Shown: in pieces, positions 37,371-51,304 of the stretch
How the letters are laid out: each line of letters begins with the position of its first letter
Position numbering within the stretch: the stretch's first letter is position 1
Assembly (NCBI RefSeq): GCF_020745735.1
Contig: NC_083429.1
Location: 23,975,877-24,039,876, forward strand
DNA: 64,000 nucleotides
Source: Hemiscyllium ocellatum
Lineage: Eukaryota
Direction of reading: 5' to 3'
Program-made: the position numbers and the translations under genes
The notes under the pieces: generated by a model
What the model saw: only the letters and a program-made list of their open reading frames with translations
Told to the model about the DNA's origin: nothing
Databases searched by the model: none

Positions 37371-38324
37371 CAGAAATATCTACACAGGATGTAATTCCCA
37401 CCTTTGTGTTATGTTGAACAATATATGCAAATGATTAGTTTTTTTCATCACAGTGTTCTTTGTGAAGCTGGTCGTGAGCATTCGCCTGGTCAATATCTCA
37501 CACATCTTGATGGCAGTAAGGAATAATGCAGAGGGAAAGATGAGCTGAATAACTGACCAGTTGGCTTTAGGATTAGAAGTCAGAGGAATAATCTAAAGAT
37601 TGACATATGAAATTGAAACACAGGTAAAGGTCAGCGCAGTATTCAAACCTGCTTCACAGTAGCTGCAACATCACAGCGGAATACTTCTCATCTTGCCTCC
37701 TGCCCAATTTCCAATTCCCAACCTCCAATTCCCTCATCTCCCCACATAGGCTACATAGTTGTGGCCAACCAGAAGACACTTGTAATTATATAGACCTTGT
37801 ATGACTGCAGCATATTCTAAAGTGCTTTGAACCCGCAATGGTATGTTTATGAATTGTTGTAATGCAGTGAAATATAACAATCAAGTGACAAACACAAGTG
37901 ACTACAATAAAAAAAATTAAATGTTGGTTAAGATTGAAATGACCACAAATGCTTCAAGACACTGTGAAGATGATGTCCTATTTGGAGAGTAGCCAGTCTG
38001 AGTTAGTAATAGTACAGTGGAGATGGTGGATCCATATTCAGGAATTGTGCTTGGCTGCCCTGGTGTTCTCTCTGCCTTTCACATGTATAATTTCTAGTGT
38101 AGTTGCTCAAATGTTAGCATCAGGAAAGTCAACTGAAACTAATTTTGCATTTCTGAAATGTTAGGCAATAAATGAATAATAACATAACCTGGAGGAGTAG
38201 TATTAGTGTTACCTCCTATGCTTTCATCCTAACATCAAAAAAACTACGTGTTAGAGCCCTCTTGTGGCACAGTTGTAATATCCTTACCCCTGGTCCATGT
38301 GACCTGGGTTTAAGTCCCACCTAC

Positions 38325-38748
38325 TATTGATTGACTGATTTATTGTTGTCAAATGTACCGAGATACAGTGAAAAGTGTTTTGTCTACTACGTAATCAGAT
38401 TGTACCATACAAAATGCATCAGGGTAGCAGAACAAATTGCAGAATACACTGTTGCAGCCATAGTGAAGGTGCGGAAAGAGATCAGAATTAACGATTGTGA
38501 GATTCATTCAAAAGTCTGATAACTGAGGGAAAGAGGCTGTTCTTGAATCTATTTATGGAATCATAGAACTCAGAGAATATTTGTCATGTATTCAAACTTT
38601 TATATCTTCTGCCCGGCGGAAGAAGTCGGAAGAGAGTATAACCAGGGTGGGAGAGGTCTTTGTTTATGTTGGTTGCTTTCCCGAGGCAGTGGGAAATACA
38701 GATAAAGTCAATGGATGGAAGGCTGGTTTTATGTGACGGACTGGGCTT
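38325..38748 (-). mobile_element. Rex1/Babar-like LINE 3' end
   Basis: Starts with a (ttga)n tail, then tttattg..tacagtgaaaag..gctgttcttgaatct..cttctgcccggcggaagaag, typical of Rex1 3' regions (recalled). Confidence 0.55.
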
Positions 38749-39619
38749 AAGGTGTGGACTAACATGTCTGAGCAGGTAGATTGAACCATCATTCTAAATC
38801 ATAGCTGATCATCTTTCAAATTGCCCAGTATTCTTCTAAACTCCAGAGAATACAATGCACTTCAAAGGACAGTCCCACCATCCAAAGAATCATAATGCTG
38901 AACCTCTGCAACATTCCTCACATGGCAAGGATATCCTTACTTAGGCTCGAGATATTCCAGGTGCAGTCTCACCGTGATTTATATAATTGAAACAAAACAT
39001 CTTTGCTCTGTTCTTCAATCTATTTACAATATACTCATTCTTCATTACACATGGATTCATTACCTACAGATTTATATCCTTGTGAGGTTGGCTCGACTCT
39101 GACTTCTTTTTTCCTAGTTGACAAGTCTTGATGGATCACATGGTCCTTCATGGTAGATAGGAAATTTCTATTATAGTGCTATCCATGTTTTTGTTTTATT
39201 GGTGGGAGATCTGTGCCCCTATTCCTTGTGGATTACAAGGATTTAGTATAAAGACTAACATGCTGTTTGCTTTTTGCATTTCTTGCTGTACCTGAATGTT
39301 AGCTTTCAGTAATTTTTGAACAATGACATCTAGTTCCCTTTGGACATCAATGTTTTTCGATCGTAAAAATACACTGCACCATCTTTCCTTTTGCCACAGT
39401 GGATAACCTCACAATTAATTACATTATATTCTATCCACCATGCTCTTGGCACTCACTCAGCCTGTCTAATGCCCCTTGAATCTTTTTTACATCACATCTC
39501 ATATTCCCACATATCATTTGCATAGCTTGAATGCTTAGCTGCTAAATAAGTTCCTATACTTCCCTAGCTTAACCTCAAGGTCCGAATACTTCATATGAGG
39601 TCAAGAAGAAGGCATTATT

Positions 39620-39862
39620 TTCATTTATTTACAGAATGTGTGCATTGTTGGCTAGGTCAGTGTGTATTGTCCATCTCAAATTGCCCAAAGGGGAGTTAAG
39701 AATCAAACACCTTGCTGTGAGTCACATGTAGATCAGACCAGGAAAGGATGGCAGCTTGCTTCCCTTTAGGGAATTAGTGAACCAGATTATTTTTTTCCAG
39801 GGTCCCCAGAATATGAGCTGTGTCTCTGGGTTAATAGCCTAGCGAATATACAACTAGGCCAT
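39620..39862 (-). mobile_element. Old tRNA-derived SINE, same family as 59905-60282
   Basis: Reverse-complement similarity (gaccaggaaaggatggcagcttgcttcccttt; terminal ttatttacagaatgtg). Confidence 0.6.
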
Positions 39863-40149
39863 CTCCTCCTTGTACATTTATATCCTTGACTTCCTGTTAC
39901 CAGGGAGAAACTGAAGTTAGAAAGCAAGGAAGAAATATAGGCGCTACTATTTCACTTTTTTATTATCTTTTGTCATCGTAAATTCTTAATGCGGTGAGAC
40001 TTGCAATAGGATAGTGAAGCATGTGCAAGATCTCTGATGAGCTTTGCAGATGCACCCTGGATTCCTAGGGAGAAAGAACTATCAATGAACTATTGCTCTT
40101 TCTTATATTTTCCCAATATTATTTTAATGCGATAGCTAATATTTAAACA

Positions 40150-40680
40150 TTTTTTGTTTTTAAAATTTTATTGACATATTAATACAGTTCCTCATGAAGC
40201 CAAGTTAAATAATACCAATCTTATTTGCAACATCTAACACATCGTAGCCTTAAGCCAGTCAGACATATGCTTGGTTTTCACTATCTGGCCTCATAAGAGT
40301 GTTGACTTTAGCTACATCAATATCATATAATTTCTTGACAGCCTGTTTGATCTGGTGTTTCCTAGCCTTGATGTCAACAATGAAAAGCAAAATATCATTG
40401 TCCTCAATTTTCTTCATAGCGGACTCAGTGGTCAGAGTGAACTGAATGATAGCATAATGGTCCAATTTCATCTTCCTGCGAGAACTTTTTCTCAGATAAT
40501 CTGGTTTGCTTCTCAGCCTGGGTGTCTTTGTTCTCTTGAAGATAGGTGTTGTCCTAATTTTCTTCTGCCTGTGACTATGAATTCCCTTCAAAATGGCTTT
40601 CTTTTCTTTCAAGGCCTTGGACGTAGCCACAGTTTTGACAGGAACAGTTTCCTTCTTTGTCATCTTAAAAAAAAAGCTTG
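40150..40680 (-). pseudogene. RPL23A: Processed pseudogene of 60S ribosomal protein L23a (uL23)
   Basis: Intronless ORF 40663-40259 ([60 protein letters not shown]). It continues YV*LA*GYDVLDVANKIGII* to 40205 (two premature stops). AATAAA at ~40172-40167, A-tail at ~40160-40150, and a pyrimidine (TOP-like) leader before the ATG. Confidence 0.95.
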
Positions 40681-40699
40681 CATTTTATATATGGCTTTT

Positions 40700-43040
40700 T
40701 CAAAACCTTAGAACATCTGTTGCCTTTGTCCTTCTAGGTGGAAGGGGTTGTGAGTTTGGAAGGAGATCTCTAATCATCTTTGGTGAATTTCTGAGTGCAT
40801 CTTGTGAATAGCGCACACTGCTGCTGCTGAGCATCAGTGATGGAGGAAGTGGATGTTTGTGGGTGCGTGCTAATCCAACGAGCTGCTTTCTCCTGGATGG
40901 CGTCAAACTTCTTGAGTGATGTTGGAGCTGCCTCCATCCTGGCAATTGGGGAATATTCCATCACACTCCTGACTTGGGCAATGTAATTGATGGAGAGTCT
41001 TTAGAGAGTCAGAAGCTGAGTTCCTTGCTTTACTTTCCGAGACTTTCACCTGTTCTTGTAGCCACTATATTTATATGGTGAGTCTCGTTGAGTTTCAGAT
41101 CAATGCTAACCCCCAGGAATTGATGAATGGGGATTCAGTGATGGTAACACCATTGAATGCCAAGGGGCAGTGGTTAGATTGTTTAAAATTGGAGATGGTC
41201 ATTGCCTGGCATTTGTGTGGCATGCACGTGACATGCCACTAGTCAGCCCAAGGCTGGATGTTGTACAGATCTGTTGCAATTGATCATGGAACTGCTTCAG
41301 TGTCTGAGGAGTCACAAATAGTGCTGAACATTGTGAAGTCATCGGTGACCTTCTATTGGAGGGAAGGTCATTGATGAAGTTAGGACACCATCCTGAGGAA
41401 TTCCTGCAGAGATATCCAAAGCTGAAATGACTGGCCTCCTGTGACCACAACCATCTCCCTATGTGCCGGGCATGTCTTCAACCAACAGCAAGTTTGCCTC
41501 TGATACCCAATGTTTCCAGTTTTGCTAAGGCTTCTTGATGCACACTTGTTGAATGCTGCCTTGATGTCAAGGGCTGTCACTCACACCCCACCTCTAGAAT
41601 TAAGCTCTTGTGTTCATGTCTGAATCAAAGCTGTAATGAAGTCAGGAGTTGAGTGGCCCCGGCAGTATTCAAACTTGGCATCAATGAGCAGGAAATTGCT
41701 GAGCAGGTACTGGCTGATAGCTGTTTTGATGACACCTTACATTACTCTGCTGAAAATCAAGAGGATACTGATGGGGCAATAAATGGTTGGATTTGTCCTG
41801 CATTTTGTGTATGGGACATAGCTGGGCAATTTTCACATTTTTGGGTAGATATTAGAGTTGTAACTGGAAGAGCTTGGCTAGGAGAACACACCTTCTGGAG
41901 CACAAGTTTTCAGTACCATTGCTGGAATATTGTCAGAATCCATAGTCTTTACTGTATCCAGCACCTCCAACCATTTCTTGATATCACATGGAATAAATTG
42001 AGTTGGCTGAAGACTGACAAATGTGATGCTGGGGCCTACTGCAAGAGACTGAAATGGATCATCTACTCAGCATTTCTGGCTGGAGATTGCTGTGAATGCT
42101 TCACCTAATCCTGTGCACACTTCTGTTGTCTCTTCCATCATTGAGGATGGGGATATTTGTAGAACCTCCTCCTCCAGCATCATTCACAACTGGATATGGT
42201 AGGACTGCAGAGCTTAACTGTGATCTGTTGATTGTGGAATCACTTAACTCTGTCCGTCACTTGCTGTTTAACATGCAGGCATCCTGTTTCATAGCTTCAT
42301 CAGATTGACACCTCATTTTTAGGAATGCCTGGTACAGCATGTGGTATGCCCTCCTGCACTCTTCCTTGAACCAGATTGATTCCCTTGCTTGAATGTAATG
42401 GTTGAGTGGGGGATATGCTAGCCATGAGGTTGCGGATTTTGCTGGAGTACAATTCTTCTGCTGCTGCTGCTGGCTCCCAGTGCATCATGGATGTTGTGTC
42501 TTGAGTTTCTAGATCTGTTCAAAGTCTATCCAATTTAGCTCACAATGGAGTGCATTCCCAAAGTGAAAGCGGGACTTCATCTCCACAAGCATTGCGCGGT
42601 GGTGACTTTTGCCAATACTGTCATAGAATCTCTATAGTGTGGAAACAGGCCATTTGGCCCAACAACTCCATACCAAACCTCCAAAGAGTATCTCACAATG
42701 ACCCATTCCCCTACCCTATTACTCTACATTTCTCCTGACTAATGCACCTAGCCTACACATCCCTGAACTCTATGGGCAATTTAGCATGACCAATTCACCT
42801 AATCTGAACATCTTTGGACTGTGGGAGGAAACTGGAACACCCAGTGGAAACTACATGCAGACAAGGGGAGAATGTGCAAACTCTACACAGATAGTCACCC
42901 AAGGCCAGAATGAACCCAGGTTCCTGGCGCTGTGAGGCAGCAGTACTAACCACTGTGCCACTCCGACATGGACTTTGCATCAGCAGCTGTCAGATTGGTA
43001 AGGATGAGGTCAAGTATGTTTTTCCCTTGTATTGGTTACA
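40700..43040 (-). mobile_element. Old decayed LINE ORF2 (CR1/L2 group) interrupted by a SINE
   Basis: MTALDIKAAF, FINDLPS and MEYSPIARM.AAPTSLKKFDAIQEKAARWI appear in shifted frames. Confidence 0.78.
42622..42964 (-). mobile_element. HE1-type SINE
   Basis: Reverse complement of the 24462 SINE, including the A/B-box head. Confidence 0.88.
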
Positions 43041-44087
43041 TGGGACTGATCAATCACTCTATTTGTTGTTGGCTTAAAATAAGCTTTAAACATGTTTTGT
43101 TACTTTTTGTCTCGATTTAAGGGTGTTTTGTTCACCTGAAATAATTAATTGGGAGTGCAATCACAGTCATCTGCATCCTTTTAGCTGATCCCGCTACCTG
43201 TGTGGTAGCATGTTCCAATTTTATCCACAGTTCTCACCTGTACACTGCCTTTGTGTGCAGGCTAGTTAAATCTGTCAAGAGTCAGGATGATAAGACAAAG
43301 CGTTGCCATTTTGAAGAAAAATGTGTTGATGCATGTGAACTCTCTACTATCCGAATAGCATCAAGTCATATTCTAACTCTGATCTAATACACACAATGGG
43401 TTGGATATTTCGGCTCCTCCACTGACAGATTTAGGTGCAACATTATGACTGTCATCCCCTGTGCCTACTTACCAATACTATTGCAATTTTATAGTGGAGG
43501 TAGACGTATTGGGAGGTTTTCCTGTCTGCCTGCTAATGAGCCAATTCAACCCATTTAGCAGCCCATTAATAACCATTTAAAAGCTGCATCCTGCAGCTGT
43601 TGGGGTTTGATCTGTGGTAGGAGAGGCCCAAACCAAGTTGGCAGAGTCACACAGTAAAGTAGAGCCAACCTTCACCCCTGCGGGTTATCAATTCACCCTT
43701 CCTCCTGTCTCTGTTCCTCCACCACTTCCAACAATTGTAGTCCATTATTCAATGATACAAACATTTGGTGTGCATCTAGTGATAAAATTCATCATAGTAA
43801 TGGCAATGGGGTGATATTAAATGAGAAAGACTGTAAAAAATCCAAATTCGTTTCTTGGTTTCGTACTAAGCTAACAAATTTCAATCATGTCAACAACATA
43901 AGTGCTATTGGTAGCTTCATCCTGAGGGACAAAAAAAATTGTTGTGATTGTGGGGTTGATAGTGGGATTAATCTTGGCTGTGATGGCACTAATGCCCTTT
44001 CCCACACTCTTGCATGTCATACCCAAAGGAGTGGCACTCTCCTCAGGCAACAGTCCAAAGTCATAAAGCCAAAAATGTTTTTATTTG

Positions 44088-44845
44088 GATCTTGATCAGA
44101 TGGGCCAATGAGCTGAGAAGTGGCAGTTGGAATTTAATTTAGATAAATGTGAGGTGCTGCATTTTGGAAAATCAAATCAGGGCAGAACCTATACACTTAA
44201 TAGTAAGGTCCTTGGTGTGCACGTTTGTAGTTCCTTGAAAGTACAGTTGCAGGTACACAGTACAGTGAAGAGGCGTTTGATATGTTTGCCTTTATTGCTC
44301 AGTGTATTGAGTATAGGAGTTAGGAGGCCATGTTGTGGCTGTACTGGAGTACTGTATTCAATTCTGGTCTCCCTTCTATAGGAAGGATGTTGTGAAACTT
44401 GAAAGAGTTCAGAGAAGATTTACAAGGATTGGAGGCTCTGAACTGTGTGGAGAGGCTGAATAGCTTGAGGCTATTTTCCCTAGTGTGTCGAAGGCTGAGG
44501 GATGACCTTATCGATTTAAAATCGTGAGGAGCATGGATAGGGTGAATAGCCAGGGTGATGAGTCCAGAACTAGAGGTAAGTTTAAGGTGAGAGGGGAAAA
44601 ATTTAAAAGGGACTTACCGGGCAACTTTTTCACACAGAGGGTGATACATGTGTGGAATAAGATGCCTGAGGAAGTGGTGGAGGCTGGTATAATTAAAGGA
44701 GTCTGGATGGGTATACGAAGAGGAAGCATTTAGAGGGAAATGGGCCAAATGCTGGCAATGGTCTATATTAATTTAGGATATCTGGTTGGAATGGACAAGT
44801 TGGATCAAAGGATCTATTTCCATGCTGTACAGCTCTATGACTCTG
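44088..44845 (+). mobile_element. CR1 LINE 3' part
   Basis: EFNLDKCEVLHFGKSNQ..FFTQRVIHVWNKMPEEVVEAG; ctctatgactct tail. Confidence 0.88.
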
Positions 44846-45209
44846 TGGCTGTAAAAATCAATACTTTCATATAATTTGCCTGAGTTTCATGTAGTACTGA
44901 GGGACTGCTGCACCATCAGAGGTGCCAAATTTTAGATGAGATGCTATTCAAGGCCTTGACTGCTCTCTCCAATAATATGAAAATGCCTGGTCATTATCTT
45001 GTTTTTGAGATCTTGGTGCTTCTTTCTTCCCTATAGTACAGATAAAACATTTCATCAGCTGTACAACATCATGGTAATGATACAGGATCTATATTAATTA
45101 TGTAAAGATTTTCCAGCCAACCTGCTCATGGATATTTTTATACATCACTGGACCTGTTGGGACTTGAAGCAAGGCCTCCTTGTTCAGAGATGGGGACGCT
45201 ATTACTGTG

Positions 45210-45670
45210 CCATAACAGCCCTTCAATTGAGTGTGTATATGTGTGTAGAGTCGGGTCTATCACCATCTGTTGGCAGGTGTCAGTATCTGTGAGTAGTGAG
45301 TTCACCTTTTCAATATGTTCTGTTTCGGATGATGGTCATGCACCCTTTGTCTGCCAGTAGGATTACAATATTTCTGACTTTTCTGAGTCCTTCTAGAACT
45401 TTCCTTTCCTACGCGTTGAGTGCGTTCTCTTTTTTCTTCCTGCTTAGTGTTGGTGCTACTGTCTGTCTGATGGTCTGCTGAATTTTTCCGTCAATCCGTT
45501 GTCTTTCAGGGTTGATTCAAGTGCTGCTAGGAAGTCTTTTTTGTCCGCATCTCTGTGGTTAAGTTCATCCCTCATACTCGGACGGCTTTATCTGTGCTGT
45601 GAGTGGTCGGTTGGACAAGTCTCTGAATTGTCTGTGTTGTCCTTTTGTGCATAAGGTGAATAGAAGACCC
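45210..45670 (-). mobile_element. Probable Penelope-type ORF fragment
   Basis: CpG-retaining, coding-like segment resembling the RT-proximal region of fish Penelope elements. Motif support is weak. Confidence 0.35.
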
Positions 45671-45671
45671 T

Positions 45672-45985
45672 CTACCCAGGGGAGGGGAGTCCAAAACTAG
45701 AGGAAATAGGTTGAATGTGAGAGAGAAAAGATTTTAAAAGGGACTTGAGGGGCAACTTTTTTGCAAAGAGGGTGGTGAGTGTATAGAATGAACTGCCAGA
45801 GGAAGTGGTAGAGCTGAGTACAGTTACAACATTTACAAGGCATATGTACAGGTACACTGATAGGAAAGGTTTAAGAGGGATATGGGTCAAACACAGGCAA
45901 AGGAGACAAATTCAGTTTAAGAAGCCTGGTCAGCATGGACAAGTTGGTCCAAAGGTTCTGTTTCCATGCTATATGACCATGACTC
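45672..45985 (+). mobile_element. CR1 LINE 3' end
   Basis: gtatagaatgaactgccagaggaagtggtagag block and catgactct tail. Confidence 0.85.
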
Positions 45986-47419
45986 TTTTATATATGGATG
46001 TTTATCAGATTAACATTTTGAGGCATCCGTACATCGTGTTGGGTGCTATATCAAGGCAAGTCTTTTCTTTCTTGAAACTTGGGGAATGGAGACCAATGAA
46101 GAGGAAGACACCATCTAATACAGTCAGAAGATAAATGGGAATTGAAAATCAATATAATGAATTATGATGCAGTTTAATTTGTTTGGATGGATAAGGAAAC
46201 CACTTGCACCTCAGCTGGCTAAAAACTAAAAACTAATAAAGGAACAAAGAGATCTGGGAAATCAGATGCATAACTCCATAAAAGTAGCAACTGTAGCTGG
46301 TAAGTCCATAAAGAATACAACCAAAGAGGAATAGCATACACAAGTGGGGAGATACTTTTAAATCTTTATAGATTCTTGGTTAGACCACATGCACTCTATT
46401 TTTCGCTGGTCTGGTCTTTGTACGACAGAATTGATATTAAAACCCTGCAGAAAGGATTTACAATCTTGCTGGCAGAATTAAGAGTCTGTCATTAAAGAGT
46501 GAGCTATCCTGTCTGGGAAAGAGAATCCTGAGCTTTGATGTTGGTCTTTAAGATGGTGAAAAGTTTTGAAAGGATAGACAAACTGTTTCCACTTTGTGTT
46601 CAATAAGTCTAGAACATGGGGGCATGAATTTAAGGTAGCATTGACAAATCAGAAAATAGTTTACTTTTTTTAAAAAATGTGCAACACTGTTAGATGGTTA
46701 GAACACAGAACACGCTGGCAACATGAAGTGACAAAAGCTCACATCCCATGAATGGGTAATAACATAAGTGATGCATATAGAGGATGTTTATTAATAAAAG
46801 AGTGAGAAGGAATTAAAAAATATATTGGAGGAGGGATGGAAGGGCAAATTAGGTTGAAGGAGGTTTATGTGGATTATAGAGTACACTGGGCCTGAATGAT
46901 CTGTTTTGGTGCTGTAAACCCTATAATTCTGTGGAAACTGCAGAATTAAGGAATGTCTTGCTCCTCGTAAATGCCATCATAATTTTTAAATATTTACTCT
47001 ATACAAATTAACACAAGTGACAAAGGCTCTATTTATATAGAATTGCAAATAATTTACACCACAGAAACGGGCCAGAGGTTTACCAAATTAAATTCAATAA
47101 AATTGATATTAAATAAAATTAAAAGTTCATTGACATAAATTGGTTTAAATATTTGGTTTCTGGTGTTAATTTAAAACTGTGGGGCAATTTTACAAGTTGG
47201 CTGAATATGGAATATTGGAATATCGATTCTAAAACATGGAATATTAGTATATAGAACATGACTCCAATGTGGGTATTACAGTCTACATTTTGAGGCATAG
47301 TCATCCTGATAATCCTTATGATGGATTTGTAAGCTCGCCAGAAAATGTAGAAAGCTAAAACATGATTGATGTAGGTCCTTCTCTTTGCAGGCTGTAATCT
47401 TGACTATATATTTTTCGTA

Positions 47420-47985
47420 TTTCTTATTTTGGGCAGTTCCTCAAGGTGTAAGATAACTTTCTTCCACTATGGTTGCATGGGTTCCAAAATGGCTGAAGAA
47501 TCCAATATGGGGCATGCATAGCTTGAAGGATTGAGAAAGTGAAGTCTTTGGAGGTATATGGGCTCACTCTAATACCTTGATTTTACATCTGCATGTTTCT
47601 ATTGAAATTGGTTGATGTGTGGGTTACCTTCCTGAATGAGTTTTTTCCAGTTCAATTGATTGTAAGCCAGGGTCTCCCAAGGGAATGTTTAATTCTCTTG
47701 AGACATTTTGAGGACATTCCTAAAATGTTTTTATTGTTCTGCTCAAGTCTCCTGCATTCCAAGTACAGCAATTCCTCTGGCAGTCTATTGTCAGACCTAA
47801 GAGTGACATGCCTCATCTGATGGAACTTTGTTTTTGACTGAACAACACTTCAATATTGGATATTTTGACTTGGAGAAGATGCTATTGTTGGACAGTCTTT
47901 CTTGCCACCAGATTTGGAGATTCTTGCCAGTGCTACTTCTCCAGTACTTTGAGATGTCTGCTGGAGGTTATCCAAGTCTTTGAAG
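47420..47985 (-). mobile_element. RTE-clade LINE relic
   Basis: Minus strand gives RHLKVLEK..ILQIWWQERLSNNSI..RHVTLRSDNRLPEELLY, matching the RTE post-RT motifs I.WQDR..N and GHV.RM.D.RLPK.LLY. Confidence 0.6.
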
Positions 47986-47994
47986 CAAGGAGGA

Positions 47995-48327
47995 GTGTGG
48001 CATTCAGTACTGCTTTGTAAACCCTGGCCTCACAACATCAGGGGCCCGGGTTTGATTCCAGCCTCAGGCGACGGTCTGTGTGGAGTTTGCACATCCTCCC
48101 CGTGTCTGTGTGGGTTTCCTCCAGGTGCTTCGGCTTCCTTCCACAATCCAAAGAAGTGCAGGTGAGGTGAATTGGCTGTGCTAAATTTGCCCACAGTGTT
48201 CAGGGATGTGTAGGTTGGGTGCATTAGTCAGGGGTAAATGTAGAATAATGGGAAATAGGTTTGGGTGGAATACTTTCTGGAGAGACGGTGTGGACTTTTG
48301 GACTGAAGGGCCTGTTTCCACACTGTA
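47995..48327 (+). mobile_element. HE1-type SINE, followed by a Penelope pseudo-LTR scrap (~48345-48470)
   Basis: gggtttgattccagcctc..ggagtttgcacatcctccccgtgtctg body, followed by gtactgcagatgctgga..ggcagcatctgtg. Confidence 0.82.
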
Positions 48328-51304
48328 AAATCCTGGTCCTCAAGTAAAATCCAGGTACTGCAGATGCTGGATATCTGAAAGATAAACAGAACGTGCTGGG
48401 GATAAGGCAGCATCTGTGAGGAGAGAAAGGGAGTTAACTTTTTGAGTCCAATATCCAATCTTTGGAACTCCTTGAGGAAGAACTAAAGAGGAACCTCTTT
48501 ACTCAGTTAACTGAAGGCTTAGCTATCACATTGAAGGCAATGATGAATTTTGAATGTTTTATTTAAAAGCTTGAGTCAATAATCAAAACACATTGTGACC
48601 CAGTCCATCAAGATGAGAAGATCAGGTAAATCAACAAATAGCGATTTGTTGACAGCACAGCCAGAGTTTAAAAGTCCCACAGAAATTCTAAAAGTTTTAA
48701 AGGACACTTTGTTGAAGGGAAACCAGTGAAAATGATGAGGTGAAGGAGAAGATGGTCTTTTGAGCATTGACTTTGATGTACTGAGGGTATTGGGAGAAGG
48801 AAAAACCATGCTGTACAGTATGCTTTGTATCTTCTTATTTGAGGCACTCTCCTCTGAATCAAATGATTGTGATCCTAAGCCCTACTCCACATATTAGAAT
48901 ACAATATGCTTTTGAAGGACTGCAGCATTGTTAGTGATGCCATTTTCAACTTGTATGTTAAGCTTAACTGTTCAGATGGATGTTAATTATCCCATTACAC
49001 TTAACTGAATATAAGTAGGAAGCTCTCCTCGTGTGACCACATTCCTCCCTGAACCAACAGCACTGAAAGGCAGAACAATTGTACATTCACCTCAGATACC
49101 TGTGGGAACTTGCTGTGTATAATTGTTTGCCCATAATAATTGCACTTCAAGGGCAATTAAGTTTTTTCCAAATCACTCAGGATGTTGTGGAGATTTGATA
49201 AGGCATTGTATAGGGTTAGTTTCTCCTTTATTCCTTGTTTTCCATTTGTATGTTAAATTTAGGAGGAACCTGACAGCGACAACAAGATTAATATGAATAA
49301 GAAGAATGTTGCAGGCTAAAGGAGACAATAGTCATGCATTTTCTTTTTGCCTTCTCCACAGATTAAATCCCAGTCCATTTGGAACACTCAAATTTGACTT
49401 TCATTATCTCCTACCTTAAAGCTGACTACACTTTTAAAGTATTCCATTGGCTGTGAAGTGCTTTGGGACATCTTGAAGCTATGAAAGATGCTGTGCAAAT
49501 GAAATTCCATCTTTCTTTGAAACTTGCATTTACATGGTGCCTTTCATGGATTCAGGATCTCCAAGTGCTTTATAGCTAATGAAATAATTTTGAAATGTGG
49601 TTACTTGATATTGTTGAAAAGCGGAAAGGAAATATCCAAGAGCCATCTTCCTCCAAAAATGAAATAACACACCCTAATTAGTTTTAGTTATAATTGATAA
49701 TGATGAATAGTTTTCAAGTACTGGAATATTTTCTATGGATTTCATTTTGGTACTTGATGTATATTGTAAATATTTGGAAACCTTATGCTTCTTGCTCATG
49801 GGGCTTCTTCAGATATTAAAGGGTTTGTCCTGCATTTACAGTTTAAATATTGTTGAAATTAAAATGCCAGATAGCCTCATTATTATTGCCACATTTCCCA
49901 ACTCATTCATAATTTTTTTTTGTCTTGAAGTCAAGGTAGCTGTCTTTATGCTTTCCTACTGTAGAAAATGTACTGTTTACTTTTGAAAGAATGAACAGCG
50001 ATGAGTAGGCGTGTGATTCCACAAACCCAGTGACCATAATTTCTGATAGTTCTCATTTTGTTTTGTGCAAAACTCCTTTCATTCATTTTAAAATAATTCT
50101 TGCTTGCTGTGCTTGGCTTTGCTACATTTCTGGTTTGACAGTGAGCTAAGAAAAATTGTATTTGACTTTCCCTTCAAGACATTGCATAAAAGTTGTCAAC
50201 TGTAATAGCCCAACAATTTATGTCTGATTAATCCTTAAAACAAATCTCAAGTTTAATTATTTTATAACAAAAATGAACTGAGAGTTTTATTGAGGTTTGA
50301 AAAAACACATTTCAAACATCATTTTATTTATCAGCAGTGAATGTGACACATACAAGTTTCTAGTGCACTCAGAGCATCATCATATTCAGTCTCGACAGAT
50401 AATGAGAATACATCAATGCAGTTTTACCTACTATTAAATCAAAAATGTCTTCTGCTACTTATGTATTCTCTCTAATCTAGTCCATAGAATTCCTTGGGAT
50501 CTCAGAAAGAATGCCATATTTGATATAACATATTGCTATGAGATTGAAGGTGAACAAAAACTCTTTATATTCCCTTTAGCTGTATGCCTTCAGTTATTAC
50601 ATTATTCTCAAAACGATAAGGGGGGCAGAATTTCAAGGAATAGTTTAGTTGAACTGCAGATGAAGTGTGGTGAAGGTAAATTCAGGATATAATTAATACC
50701 TGTGAAATAAGAACTTTGTAATATTGGTTAAACCCTTAAGAAAAGAACCTAGTTGGACTGGGATTAAGAAAGGAGAAAGAAGAACATTCATTCTCATGTT
50801 CAAAACCCTTTTCATCCAATTAAATACTTCTGAAGTACGCAAGTGAATGTGGCAGTCAATTTGTGTCCTGTAAGATATCACAAATAGCTATTTTTAAGGA
50901 TAGAATGGAAGCTAGGAAATTGGGACAACTGTAGCTACAGACTTTTTTTACTCCCACTAGAAGAGACAGAGAGCACCTCAGTTTAACTTCTCATCTAAAA
51001 TTAAGATAGAAAAGAAACCATCTGTGTCCCTTGCACTTAAATCACCTACTTTTTAAAAAAAATTGTAACATGGAGTTGTATATAATCTGAACTGAGAATA
51101 AGGGAGAAGAGTTTAATTTCTTTTGCTAACATTACCATTATAATAATCATTCGTTTCCTATTGTCTGACAGATTTCTGATTCAAGTGGTCCACCTCTTAT
51201 GTTTATCAAACTGAAACACTTCATTTATCAGTTCTTTAAATCTTTTTTTTCCTCATTAACTTTAGTCTGGAATTCTCTGTGAGACTATTTTTGGGAATGT
51301 TCTG

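Noticed and set aside
41653-42108. 151-aa plus-strand ORF (also 9989..10492, 10411..10821 and 6255..6731)
   Set aside because: These are antisense shadows of LINE/Penelope ORFs.
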